64,000 nucleotides of DNA from Phoronis australis (Eukaryota; Animalia; Phoronida). Shown here one piece after another: positions 48,401 through 61,124 of this stretch (its first letter is position 1; every line of letters starts with the position of its first letter). The notes under the pieces were generated by a model. It ran no database searches. It was given only the letters and a program-made list of their open reading frames with translations, and had not been told where the DNA came from. The translations under genes and the position numbers were made by a program. The stretch covers positions 261,498 to 325,497 of the forward strand of contig NMRA01000013.1 of NCBI GenBank assembly GCA_002633005.1, in the 5' to 3' direction.

Positions 48401-51400
48401 CTATTTTTGGTGTAGAAATTTTGCCATCAAGCTTCAATACTATTCGGAAATTTGCCATGTTTTCACATTCCTATGGATTAAACATATAAACAGTGCTGCA
48501 ATCGCGTGACTGGTGAATCAGAATGGTAATTTTTGTGGCGAATATGTAACCTTTATTTACGTAGCAACCAAGTGTTAACAAATGAGTTAACATCCTTTTC
48601 TAAGCAAGGTCAAAGGTCACGTAGGCGACTGACTGATGCTGTTGTAGGGCTGTGTTGATTTATTCTTCACGATGTTTGGAAAAAATCCAAATTACGTTTT
48701 CTGCCAAGAACTGATTTTAATTGCTTTCGTTTTAAAGTTCGTCTTTGGATAATTTAGCCCGGCAAAGGTTCGAGAACCTGTTTCCAGCGTTTTGAATCAC
48801 CAAACTCCAGTAAAATAACGTACTTTAATCCGCCGATTTGCTTGAAATATAAGACGCTTATTGTCCCGTGATACTGTATTGTTGCAAGCTGTCGATATTC
48901 ACTTTCTGATAAGAGAACGCTCTTACACAAGAATCAAGACAATCATTAAAAATTCTCGCTTTACAAATTTAAAATTGTAACTGTAACTAGCCATGTCAAA
49001 TTTTAGTTTGACAGTATTATAAGAATGGGCACTATGCTTTTGAATTTCATTCAAGACGTTTGTGATCTTAATGGCGATTTGTAGGATAATTTTTGTCCAA
49101 AAAGGAAATGCTACCAATTTATTCCTCATATGAGTACTTTCTTGTGACAAAATATTCAATTAATAATGGTGACCAGAGCGTTATGCGCTGCCTTTTCTTA
49201 CAATGTTCAGTTAAGCGTACCATTTTGCCATCACCAAAACATACTCAGATACGAGATTTTGAAAGTTTTGCTTCATTGTTAATAATTTCCATATTGTGAC
49301 AAGTATATCTAGAACTGTACGTACCATTTTCACGAATATTGAAAGGAGTTAACTAATCATTAAAAATTTTCATTCACTGTTAATTGCTACACAAATTGCA
49401 TGATTACTGGCGGTTGGATGGACACATCTCTAATAATGATTTTCGTGATGGAAACGAATTGTGCATTTTGTGCTATTTTAATGTTTTTATCGTATTGTGT
49501 TCTCACATGTGTGACATTTGTTAACTTTAAAATTACACTGCAAGGCTGCAAATTTTTATTTTTGAAAAACAAAACAGGTCGTTTAGTTTTTAAATTTGAT
49601 AGGCAAATCCGAATATTTAACTTCGTTCATCTTTTACTTATTAGCATTTTTTGTCTACTTTTGAGTGAGTAGAACGATACTCTGTAGATAAAAAGATTAT
49701 TGTTTAGTCAATGGACACAATATGACCTTTTTCATGAAGTTACGTCGGGGAAGGATTTGTACTACGTTGTAGCAGTAACGTAGGTGAATTGTAGTAATTA
49801 TAACGATAGTGAAATATTAAAAAAATCTGGGAATGTATTCTTGTCTTGCCTAAACTGCTTTCAAAACTATTGCTGAATAAATGATGCTCATATGAGGACA
49901 GTTTCGAAACGAGAACACACAAAATTTTCAAAGCACTGTATTACAAAGTAGATGATCGGTTAATATAAAACATCTGATCAGCAATTTGTTGCATGTATCT
50001 TTGACAGCTCTACAGTGCGTCATCTGATAACAACACTTGTCAACTTTTGGATTAATTGTATAATTTCGTTTTCTGACATAGGTCACTTGTTGGCGGGAAA
50101 AGTTCAAACTTTGACATGGGCGGCGCACCATAGGGGCCTGGAGGGGCTATAGCCTCCACTTTTTTAGTGCTGCGCCGCCCATGGTCTATAGTCGGTGTAT
50201 CACAGGGGGGCTTTAGCACCCCATTTTTTCAGTGCTGTGCCGCCCATGTTTGGAGTTTACAGTTTGAGATTGTGTTTTGCGTTTTGAATACCCGCAAACT
50301 CTTGCTAACGTGATCGATGGGAGATTTTTCGTCGGCTTACGGTCAACATTTTTAAGCTTTTGGATTCTCTGTGTTGAATAATACATGTCCGAAAATGCAC
50401 AAACTTTACGACACACTTGAATCATTGCTCTATGCTACTATTGTAAACATGGTGTTGCTGTTGTTAGCGTTTATCTTTCGTGGTAATTAATTTCCAAAAT
50501 TTCTTAAGTATGAAATCATTAGTTTACTATTTATATATTCATGTATATACTTCTTTTAAATGTCTGCCTATTAGCCTGGACCGAATTGGAAACCAGTGCT
50601 GCAATCACTGAACATTTTGGAACCAGTATAAATACATGTTCACGTACGTCATTGGGTCAGCTTATCTAAAACAACTTGACACCGTAACCTGGCTAACGAG
50701 CATCAAACCCCAAGTACAAATCCCCAGACCCACATTCTTAAACTCCAGGTGACCAGTTGCATGGAACATTAAAATAGGGGTTCAACTATGTTCCCTAAAT
50801 CTGAGCATGCGTGTCTTCTATCACTTTGTCTTTATTACGAGCTGTTCTTTTTGCACTATTTTCCAATATGTTCGAAAACTGCACCCTTTTCATGCAACTC
50901 CCCTAAGTTAAGATTAATTCCATATTTATTGTATTGGAAATTCAACGTAGAATTCACTCTCTGTGTGGTGTGCCAAAACTAAAATTTGCTTTAGTACTGA
51001 CGACAGGTGGCATTTGAGTTCCCTGTTTTCACAAATGCGGTGAAAAGTTAAGGAACATAGTTGAGCCCCTATTTAAGTATGTTTCGTGCAACCGGCAGGA
51101 CTAGTCCCAGGGTATGGGGTTTAGTAACCGGGTATGGAGCGCATTTCCCGTGTGTGGGATTTCGAGTCTCTAATATGGGAACTTGTGCCGCGGGCCTGGT
51201 GATTTCTTCTCCGGAACTGGAGTTCAGGGGATCATTGCTGGAATTTAGAGGCATGGCCATGGAATCATTTCTATCCCGTGGTTTCGTGCCTCTCACTCTG
51301 TATATAGCTTTTTGCCTGGTGGTAGCAAGGTTGTTGCTTCTTAAAATTTACCGCGCTATAGGTATACTGCGAATCACCACATTGCTATTTACTGTTCCCC

Positions 51401-54400
51401 ACCACACTGAAGCACATTGTCCGAACAATGACCTGAAAGTGGCCGGATAAGGCAATTATCGTGTCGTCTTTTGCTTTTACACAATTCGTAGTGTTTGCAA
51501 GCTATGACGCAATTTTGGTTGGCTCTCAGTGTTTACACGAATACTCGAGTGGTTTGATCCATGTTTCAGTGGAAAAGTAACAAAACACTCGCACCCGATC
51601 GGGAATGGGCGAGATTTGAAGCATTAACTGTTGTACAGAAGCAAGTTTTAAAGCCCCATGCGGGGCGTGATTGGAAACCATTGTCTTGTTTCATATTTTG
51701 ATGTGAAATTAATACCGCGAGTTAGCCTTCCTTACTGCACACTCAACCGTGAACCCCTTCAACAGGAAGTTTTACCGCTGCTTACTACACGTGTTGGTAT
51801 TTTCCAGTTTTAAGTTTTCTATTTCGATTTGACCCGATTAGCGTTGTACTACTTTTTATTTCTCCTATGCTTGTTTGAAGAGGTCATTGCTATCAAATGG
51901 ATTCAGTTTTTTTAGGTCATATTGCATAGGCGGCGAAGCACTGAAAAAAAGTGGGGATATAGCGCCCCGCCCCCCCGGCCCCTAGCCCCCTACGATGCAT
52001 AGCCCATATATTTAAGTGTACTTCTCTAAACGGAATGCGCATGCTTCACGTATCTTAAAATAGGCCATTCATTGATTGCAATGTAATGAAATTTATTTTC
52101 AGGAGCGACACCAGGTCGCAGGACTGGGACGACGAAGTGGTTTGATGTAAAGAAAGGCTACGGGTTTATCACTCCGCACGATGACGAAACTGACGTGTTT
52201 GTCCATCAGGTATCAAATCTTTCCAGTTTTAAGCTTGTGAAGCCAAGCTCACTCGTTGCCATTTATTTGTGTGATGTAATGTTACGTATTAGTGTCGGGG
52301 TGCGTTCCGTAGGCGTGAAAAACTCGCGCAAAACAAGATCACATAATAGCATGTAAAACCACGCAAGTGAAAGGTGACAGCTATTGAAGTGATTGGCGGT
52401 GAAGTGGGAATGTTTAATTAAAGGATAGAATTTACTGGTTCTGTTCCATAATCACGGCAGGTTTCTCGTCGCAAATAGGCCTACTTAGCGAATGTCTTGA
52501 ATCTAGGGAAAGCAGTCCTTCATTTACGATGAGTGCAGCTAACTACAGCATAGGGCCCACCTCGCGCAGTCACGGGGTCCTTCGTAAAATTTGGGAAAAG
52601 GTTATAGCTAGGGAGGATTGGTGATTAGGTCAAAGTTGGTGATATCCGAGGTAATGGTGGCGGTTTTTTTTTTGGGGGGGGGGTATTTTGACGACGGGGG
52701 AAGGGGACGGTGTGGCAATTTGTGACTTCCGGGGGCCTGATATTTTATATGGGCACCAGGTTTCTCAGGCTCAGAGCCCGGGGAATCCTTAATGCTATTC
52801 TGAAAGGTGTATGTGCAGACAGAGCCAATACGAATGGAGTTGTAAGAATTATATGAATATTTTCTCACACATCTGTGAAAGTGAAGGGAATTAATTTTTA
52901 TTCGATGCAGCGCAAATAAATTGCTCAAAATCCTTTGTGTGAGGCTGACTTTATGCGAGTTTGTCTTTTTGTTTTTGCATATGATATATAAATATAAAAT
53001 CACGCAAAATAGCCAATATATTAGTTTCTAGGGCGACTAAAAATCAAGGTGCATAGTGTTGAATGGCATCTTTTTGACCAATTAGAAGCTGACCAAGAAC
53101 TGTACGACTTCATCACTCTACTTGGCTGGCAGTGAAGTGTTACGGCCAATAACGCCTGCGGTCAGTGATCTCTTGCACTTCCCGTACAAACAATGATAAT
53201 GGCTTATTTTGCCCTCACTTGCGTAAGCTATTGCGCTGTTATTTTCTTACCATCTGCTGACACAGGTTAACTTCTGACGCCGATTGGTTATTATTCACCA
53301 ATCAGAGCTATTGTCTCAGCTGCCTAACCTCATGCATCCCGTTGATCAGGGTAGAGTTCAATAGTTGTCTTGGGGCGAGAAATCCAGCCAAACGCACGTG
53401 CTCTCATTGAAAATACGGCAACATCTCGCGAAATCTCGTGATGTCTTGCTTGTCTAGCGAGGCACTAACGTCAATGAACTCGACCGAGGCCAACGTGAAG
53501 CTGCTCACTGTCGGCATGCGCATTATATAAGAAAAACTCTTTGATTGACATATCACGACATCTTTGGTCGTCAAAGAGCAATCTATCCCTGGTATTACGT
53601 AAGCATCAAACAGCGCCGCCAATCTCTCGGAGAGGTGTCGTGTTTTTATTTGTTGTGCGCCTGTTTTCAAGTTATTTTGCAGTTGTTTGTTTCGTTAGTT
53701 GCATGCCTGCACTTCAGAAGTCATTACTGGGAAAATTAAAGGTATATCGAGCGCTGTTTAGGTAATATTACTTTTGCCTTGGGACATTCCGTTTCACACA
53801 ATGGCGAGTGTCGAATATTTTAATTTAATTTTCCCTTGGTTACTAAAAATCTCGTTGGGAAATAAAGCAAGTTAACGCTGGGGCAACTTGTCACATGTAA
53901 GTTACAACTTATCCCACCTCAACGATGTAGGTTAACTTGTTCTAGGATAACTTGTCCCAGCGCAAGTTAGCGTGGATACAAATCTGCAGACAGTGTGAAA
54001 GAAACTGTCAACTGTGCGATTGCTCACAGGAGTGTATAATCATTTTTGCTATATAGTTGTCACATGGTGCTGGGTATGCAGTGTGCACGCTCGGCTGCAT
54101 GAGGACAAGTTGCTCTAGAGCATCATGTTCCAGCCTTCCAGGGTAACTCGTAGCGCCACAGTACGAGAGTTCACAGTACGATCACGATTCATTTATTTAA
54201 GATGGTCGTCAGTTGTGACTATGGAGTCTCGTTAGAAACGAAAAGTAGACATATGTTTTTGTGAATAAAATTATTTCCACAGTTCAAAGCGTCACGCATA
54301 TGCTTGATCACTAACGAATTGTCAGTTCTTGTTATGCCTTGTAATCTCTTCTCTAGTAGTTGGCAACACATTGAGACTAGTTACATTTTTTGCAAAAGGT

Positions 54401-57400
54401 GGCCAGAGTAATTATTGGTGCTTTATCTGGGTGAATGCCTCCTGAAAGTTGACGACTGAGACCCTTGCCTACATAAAAATAATTGCAGGCGGTCTTGTAC
54501 ACGTACTGAACGTGAGCAGGCCGCGTGGGTGGGCCCATTGCACTGATCACCCAGAACCATTTTTATGCTTTATTGATATATAGTTAAAACCGATCTGAGC
54601 AGCTAGATCCGACTCAAAGGTCTAGCAGTGGGCCCCAGGTGGGACTCGAACACACGACCTTGAGTAAAGGAAGCGGACACCTATCGCACTTGGCCACACT
54701 GCCTCCTCCTCGCCGCGTTCTGTGCCTTTTTACAGTTCTTAAGGCAGTCACCCAATATCTTTTAAAAAAACAACGTAAAACAAGTACTTAAGGAATAAAA
54801 TTCAGACTAAAACAACGAAAGGTTGCTGGAGAGAATAGTCGACCATTAATAGTCAACTTTGTGGTGCTTTCTGTCCTAACACAACGAAATCGTCCCTTTT
54901 CTTTCGACATTTCCGTCCTGTTTACGCCCTAAACGTGTCAGCCCTAACAAACTGGTCCCACAATGTCTTTGCCATGTTGGGCCAAACCAGCATAGTTGGC
55001 TCTGGTCTGCACCCCGACTCATTTGAAACCAGGTCGTGCATCACTTGTTAAAAAAGCACCTGGCAGCGTCAGTTTTAGCCGAGGTCTCGCAAAAAGATCC
55101 GCACCGCCTTTGCTCATCGCACATGAATTTTTTTGGAAAACGAACAACTAAAATACCACACCACTGCTTCAAAAAGTACTTCCCAAACCAGCATGCTTTT
55201 GGCTTTAGCAAATGATTTCTAACACTGGTCCCCCAGAACTAAAGTGACCCACAATTGAAAGGTTGGGGTTTTTTGACGCCTTTTCGTTGTCGATGCATTG
55301 AAAGATTCGTTTGGGGTTGAAAATCATTTTCTATCATTGTATAAAAACTGTTCCAGTTGTGGTTATAGTAACTTAGTCGTATGAAGAAGTTGTATAACAA
55401 ACGGAAGTTTATTTAGAAATGTTTTAGGAACATTTATCATAGTGAATGTTTTGCAGTTCAAAGCGGTCAGACATTCATTCTAAATACACGTTTAAGGCAA
55501 ACTCAACTGAGAATCGAGATCTTTTAATCGCAGCAAGTGTGTTTTGATGTGAGATGCTCTTCCCTTCACAAACAGTGAGCCATTGAATTAGTTTTGTACT
55601 TTAAGCGTCCTCAAATTTTTAGCGTGGGAGTCCAGTTCACCAAAGTTATTGTGCCCCGAGATTGAATTATTACAATGGACGTTACTCTACACCGCACACC
55701 AAGGCTGGTATATACCTCCCTGTCAAAAACATTTACTCATAGTATTTTTGAGGTCACCCATTTTGCAACGCATAGTACGTGTATGTTTGGCGAGGCCGAA
55801 CGGTCACTTTGTGTCAACATATCCCATTGAGTAAAATAATCAAGTTCTGAATATGAAACCAGGAGAACCGTTGTTTGGCGTCTGTGAAAGCAGGGCAATA
55901 AAACTTTAAGACAGAAGTTGGTCCTTGAGATCTTAGGCTGTTTGCAGTTTTTAAATCATAGGTTGAAATTTTGAAAAATAATGAAAAGTCAACGGAATAT
56001 TATCAAATGAACCTGATTGGTTTTATCATCAGATGGTGTACGCCCGTCATCTCTGCTAGACTTTAGATTTGTTTCTTACACGTGTTCGCGTCATCAAGAA
56101 GAGTACATAACTGCTCTTTAACTAATAGTATCAAAATCGGCCAATGTAATTGCTCACAATTTTGGGCGCACCAGGTTTGCTGCCGAAGCCCTTGTCAGGG
56201 ATTCTGTAGTCGCAAGCGCCATCTTTTGTTTGTAGGCGCTCCCCCATGTTTGACCCAGCTGTCGTTTCCCGTTTTTTTCCGTCTTCGTTCATAGATGTGG
56301 GTGTGTATTACCTTCATCTCTGTCCGGATGTCCGGCGTTCGCCTCTCTGTGTCTCAAACCTTAGTGGATCTTCTTGAAAATTTGCGGGCTGATGTGTCTG
56401 TCCATGGGTGGATAGGCGCGCGCAAATTTTCGGGCGTCTTACTTAAAGATTCACTTTCCGATTCATTTTAGTTAAAAACGTTATAAAACGGATTTAACCA
56501 AGTTATTTCGATTCAAACTTAAACCCAAATAATTCTCATGCAAAACAACTTCAAATGATTTCAAACTAATTGAATTTAATATGTTTTTTTAAGTTTAATT
56601 TGGTGCAACTAACGCATGTGTTATGAGGTTTCCGCTTTGCAATAAAAGACGTGTTAAAATGAATAATAAAATAAAGAGGCAAACACAAACAGCGCTGAAA
56701 ATGGTTCTATTTTGGTGATGTCTTTCTATTGACGAAACTTTTTTTAAATTGGTGTATGTAAAGAAAAGAATACCTTTAAGTCTCGAACCCAGTTAGAACT
56801 TGAGTCTACTTGTGAGGATACCTGGCACCCATTGCACTATACACTATTTCCATTGGATTGCTTATCAGTAAAATGCAGACATTCCGATTGATTGGAAAGT
56901 AAAATTCGGACCATGCTATTGGTTGATGGTGAGAAGTGCATGAATATACTGTCCTATGTTATGTGAAATTCCTTGGTGTCTTGCTGCTTATTTAACAAAA
57001 TACACTAAATCGATGCACGCATGCTCATGTTTTGTGACACGCAAGACGTGAAATGAAACAAAATGTTTCACTATACTTCTATGGCGCATGCCCGGACCAT
57101 ACTGCACGTCCAAACCGAAGTATGCACACTGACTGGATTCTTCCTCATACGAAATTGATTGCGGCTTGGCCCAAGCTGGGTGCCGACCACTGTCAACCGA
57201 TGTGTGCTGCTTTATAAAGTTTTAATCTGGACATCTCGTTGTAGAGCACCATTCAGATGTCTGGTTTCCGAAGCTTAGGTGAAAACGAGGAGGTAGAATT
57301 CGAGAGCAAAGTCTCTGACAAAGGAGATGGACGCGTAGAAGCCACAAAAGTGTTCTCGATAGGGGGCGGTGACTGCAAGGGTAGTGAGAGGCATCCCATG

Positions 57401-59195
57401 TCAAGAAGGAAATTTAGACGAATCAGGTATCGCCGTTTTACTGAGACAGTTGGGTAGCATGAATGGAGGAGGCACTAGCAGTTAACGGATGAATTCTCAA
57501 CTTTCGTGAAATCATACCACGTGTGACCAAAGGAAAAAACTTTTTAACTGTCCATTTTCAACTCATAAAGGTAGATATTTCTGAATATTCAAACACCTAG
57601 CAATTTGAATTCATGCATTAAAACGGCTCGCGATTTTACACAACCATGCAATCGCCATTTTGGTAATATTTCCGTTTTTGCTTTGAACAAGAATTTCAAA
57701 ACACCCTTTTAAACAAGCATATTTTCTTACTATCAATGCATAAGGAATGGCGTCTCATTTTTTTTTCTCAAACAAAAGAGATATCGACAAGTACCTTTTT
57801 GGAACAGAGCCCCAAGTCTTCAGTTTTGTTTGAAGATATGTTCGCTGTTGCAGGGGAAATAAAACATACAGGTATGCGAGAAGTCGTGCGCATTAACCCA
57901 AAATAATACATTCTATAAATGTGCGTCGATAACCAAAGGGCTTGAAATGGCCGATAAAGGTTTGCCACCTAATAGACAAACAACTAGCAACATTTTGCAC
58001 ATAAGTAATGCATTCAATGTGTTACTTATATATACAGCTATTATTATATGCTGCATGTGAAAAATTCCACGAACGTTGACGATTACCTTAATAACATCAC
58101 CCGGTTAATATTACTAGCGTTTTTGCTATTAGCTAACATGTTAGCAAAAACGCTAGTGATGTATTACGGCCAGCATGACCTACGGGTGAACAGGATAAGA
58201 CAGCAACTTGTTAAAGCAGCAACAAACCGCCTCCTTTCGAATGAACTAATTGTTGCTTCAGGTCACTTACCGCTATGAAATTGGTCTCGACTCGTTCCTT
58301 ACTCGGATGACATGTGATCAAGCTTGAATGAAATAACAGGTTGTGACAAGTCAACGTGTTGTACCTGGGTAAAGTTCAGTAATGCTTAGGACCTCGATAA
58401 AATCTACCCAAAATCACGTGCTCCCATTTAAAATATACGGCAATATCATACGTAATCTCACGAGGTTTTGGTTTTTAGCGTGGTCCTGGCATTTCTGAAC
58501 TCTACCCAGGTCTTAAGGAATAGCCAAATGTCAGTTCTGTCCAAGCCCAGAAGTCACACCTGTTTTATCTAAGGAATGATTTGAGATCAGTTCCGCGATC
58601 TGCAACGGTAAATCTGCTAAATCAGTTTTTCCACGGAAAGCGAGTTTATGGTCGCCTTAAGTAATCAGCGTGTTCTCCACAATACACGGCGTGAAATTAC
58701 TCACGAACGCGTCGTACAGTACAAGTACGTTGATTTGATATCATTGCCTTAAACGAGCATATTACGAGCCTACGATCAAAATCCGTCTCCCATACGACGC
58801 TAAGGATGGGCAGTAGTATTTAAGGTCTGGAAATTACCCTTACTCATCCCAGTTATGAGTTTTATTAGTGTTACTTGGTCAACAATATTTTACCCTTTGG
58901 AACCAGTGCAACATGAATAGTGCAAGGCATGCCAGGGTCTTTTGAGTTTTGAGGTCACTGTCATAAGGTACAAGGCGTTTTCTGTTTCAGATGTTACAAC
59001 TGTGGAGAACTTGGAAACCACGTAGCGTCGAAATGCCCACAAGGGCCATTGAAAAAAGTCTGTTATAACTGTAAGTCGGACGACCATTTGATCGCCGACT
59101 GTCCTTTGAAAAAAGCCAGTCAGGAACAGAGCAACTCAGGAAACGAAGGCAGTGACGTAAAGCCTGGTGCGCCTCCAGACGCGCAATCTACATAA
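45446..59195 (+). CDS. LIN28: Protein lin-28 homolog (cold-shock domain + 2 CCHC zinc knuckles), 4 exons, 167 aa
   Basis: Exons 45446-45455, 52103-52209, 57245-57426, 58991-59195 (504 nt). Motifs [51 protein letters not shown] and [15 protein letters not shown]. Exon 1 is the least certain. Confidence 0.95.
46745..46840. repeat. CT-rich low-complexity tract
   Basis: Nearly pure pyrimidine run in lin-28 intron 1. Confidence 0.8.
50115..50248. mobile_element. ~70-bp mini-MITE (TIR CATGGGCGGCGCA) plus adjacent partial copy
   Basis: CATGGGCGGCGCA...TGCGCCGCCCATG; relatives at ~51925-52007 and 61056-61124. Confidence 0.65.
52103..52209 (+). CDS. LIN28: lin-28 exon 2: CSD RNP1/RNP2
   Basis: [32 protein letters not shown]; tttcag / gtatca. 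Confidence 0.95.
53347..53485. mobile_element. ~150-bp MITE (copy 3)
   Basis: CAGGGTAGAGTTCAATA ... ATGAACTCGACC with the same internal motif. Confidence 0.7.
54481..54703 (-). mobile_element. tRNA-derived SINE, full-length copy
   Basis: Reverse complement reads GGCAGTGTGGCCAAGTG..GTTCGAGTCCCAC..GACCGCCTGCAATT. Confidence 0.78.
56293..56436 (+). mobile_element. 5' fragment of HINE family
   Basis: ATGTGG..TCTCTGTCCG..GTCCGGCGT..TCTCAAA..GAAAATTTG..AATTTTCGG parallels 970-1130. Confidence 0.45.
57245..57426 (+). CDS. LIN28: lin-28 exon 3: CSD C-half + basic linker
   Basis: [19 protein letters not shown]...[18 protein letters not shown]; ttgtag / gtatcg. Confidence 0.95.
58365..58509. mobile_element. 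~150-bp MITE (copy 4)
   Basis: CTGGGTAAAGTTCAGTA ... TCTGAACTCTACCCAG. Confidence 0.75.
58991..59195 (+). CDS. LIN28: lin-28 exon 4: two CCHC knuckles and stop
   Basis: [15 protein letters not shown] (CX2CX5HX4C) and [14 protein letters not shown]; TAA at 59193-59195. Confidence 0.95.
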
Positions 59196-59219
59196 CGCCA
59201 GGACGCACCAGAAACAGTA

Positions 59220-59227
59220 TCTCAGGG
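59220..59227 (+). promoter_or_regulatory. lin-4/miR-125 seed match in lin-28 3' UTR
   Basis: TCTCAGGG is complementary to nt 2-9 of miR-125/lin-4 (UCCCUGAGA), 25 nt after the stop. Confidence 0.75.
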
Positions 59228-59881
59228 TTAAAGACTATTGTTTATGTCGTCACTTGTGTTGTGAACAACATGGATGTATATATTTGTGTTTTGATTCATT
59301 TTGAAGCGCCAAGTTGATTCTACTAAGATACCGATCCATTTTCATGTTTTACCTGTTTGGTAACCCAGTTACCACGTGGCGTAACGGGAGTATTTGATTG
59401 ATTTGTTGAACATTAGACGCCACTGTGGTTGTCTGGTTGGCTGGAGCTGTCGAAGATGTGGATGTAAAATCTTCCTCACGTTCATGTCATGAAATTGACT
59501 AACCTAAATGACAGTATTATTTCTGAAAATGGAAAATAATTCACTTAATTTACACCTTCGGAACGAAAGGAATGTTACCCATGTCTTAGTTGTTTCCCGT
59601 GCAGTATTATTTCTTCAAAAATCACCTTTAATCATATACAAAGTAAGTTTTGCTGTAATTTCATTCGCAACAGTGCCCTCGAAAAATTAGCAGTGTTGTC
59701 TTTCCAATCAAGTCAATGTGTCATAAGGCCTTTTGGCTTTGATGATTCAACTTACAGTACATCGAACATTTTCTGACACTAGTTTTTTGTTTAGGATTAG
59801 CAAATTATTGAAGCATGTCAACACTGCATGTTTTATTTCAAAACTCAACAGTCTTTTAAGACTGCATTTCAGGAAATTAAA

Positions 59882-59887
59882 AATAAA
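59882..59887 (+). terminator. Candidate polyadenylation signal of lin-28
   Basis: AATAAA about 690 nt after the stop with T-rich sequence downstream; not verified. Confidence 0.35.
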
Positions 59888-60154
59888 ACAAATGGTTGAA
59901 GAGAAATGTTTTTCTATTATCTCCACGTTTCCTTTTACACTAGCCAGCGCTGGGAATGGAAGATGATCAGGCTTACAAAAAATATATACATTACTAGTAG
60001 AGCAATGGTAGAAGCAAACATTTTACTTTAGTTTTGCTGACAACAAATATTTCATTTTAGACCAAGCTTGGTTCTCGTCTTAGCGGCCGCGCCCTAAATC
60101 CTTTTTCCATTTTGACGGACTCCTGTCTATTCGAGCTCAAGGAAGGGTCACTTT

Positions 60155-60598
60155 AAGAGGCATGGAACGTAAAATCTCGCCAAAAATATCTTTTAAACAA
60201 TTCCTGACGAAAGTACAATCTTGCAACGTCTAGTACGGAGTAATTCACTTTGCTCTGTGAGGAAATTTCCCGAAAACATCAAAAAATTCATGAATTTTGA
60301 AATGCATGTACGCGCGAACAAAAAACTGTGGTTACCACAGAATTTCAAAATCTCCCTCCTACTTATGATAAATGCGCTCAGTCAGTTGCTTGAAGTCGCT
60401 TGAGGTCTAAGGTCACTTATTATATATAAGGGAAATGTGCTGCATTTATGTCTTGCCGTACCAAAAAGGAGACGTGCTTTGTCTTGTGGGAGAAAAATCA
60501 ACCAAATGACAGATCGCGTTTTTGAAATTTGAAACTAAAAGAATATGCTTTGATGTCGACAGAAATTAAAAATTTTTAGGAGCAAACCCTTAAAATAC
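60155..60598 (-). mobile_element. Truncated inverted copy B of the 26425-26944 element
   Basis: AAAAATATCTTTTAAACAATTCCTGACGAAAGTAC and TTTGAAATTTGAAACTAAAAG are reverse complements of segments in copy A. Confidence 0.8.
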
Positions 60599-61055
60599 GT
60601 CAGATTTTCGTGGATACAGCTTGCAGCCATGTCCCAGTCGTGTATTTCCAATGGACAGTGGATTCGGCACCGAGGAATTCCGAAAGACAAACTACTATTT
60701 TCCCCGAAACGATTTTTCGTTCAAATCTATGCAGGGTGGCTTTCCGAAAGAAGTAGCTCCTCTAGAATATTGTAAGCAGCATCCTTACTCAGCCATGGTT
60801 CGCCGGCTGAGTACTACAGTTCGTTCGCAAAAAGCATGTCGACAGCTTGGCGAATGAGAAAGTTGTTGATGCCCGAGTTGAAAATGATTTACTTTGAAGA
60901 TTCTGGCGGTTTAAACATTGGGAGAATAATGAGATTTTAGTGCCAAAATTTCTAACGTTGTATGCAAGAGACAGAGTTCTTTCCGGCTATGTGAGCACGG
61001 TGCATGAACTGGTCGCCATTCACGAGGATCACTTTGAGTAGTTTTGTGACACAGC

Positions 61056-61124
61056 ATGAGCGGCGCAGCACTGAAATAAGGGTGGGGGTATAGCTCCCCC
61101 ACCCGCTAAGGTGCGCCGCCCATG
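61056..61124. mobile_element. ~70-bp mini-MITE, another copy
   Basis: CATGAGCGGCGCAGCACTGAAA ... GGTGCGCCGCCCATG. Confidence 0.65.

Noticed and set aside
51061-51450. 129-aa ORF in lin-28 intron 1
   Set aside because: No domain similarity and no in-phase donor linking it to exon 2 that I could support.
56447-56775. Another TTAA-flanked MITE (and a similar candidate near 40480-40810)
   Set aside because: Terminal repeats are too degenerate to call without further copies.
59471-59478. let-7 site (CTTCCTCA)
   Set aside because: One central seed mismatch against CTACCTCA and no evident 3' compensation.
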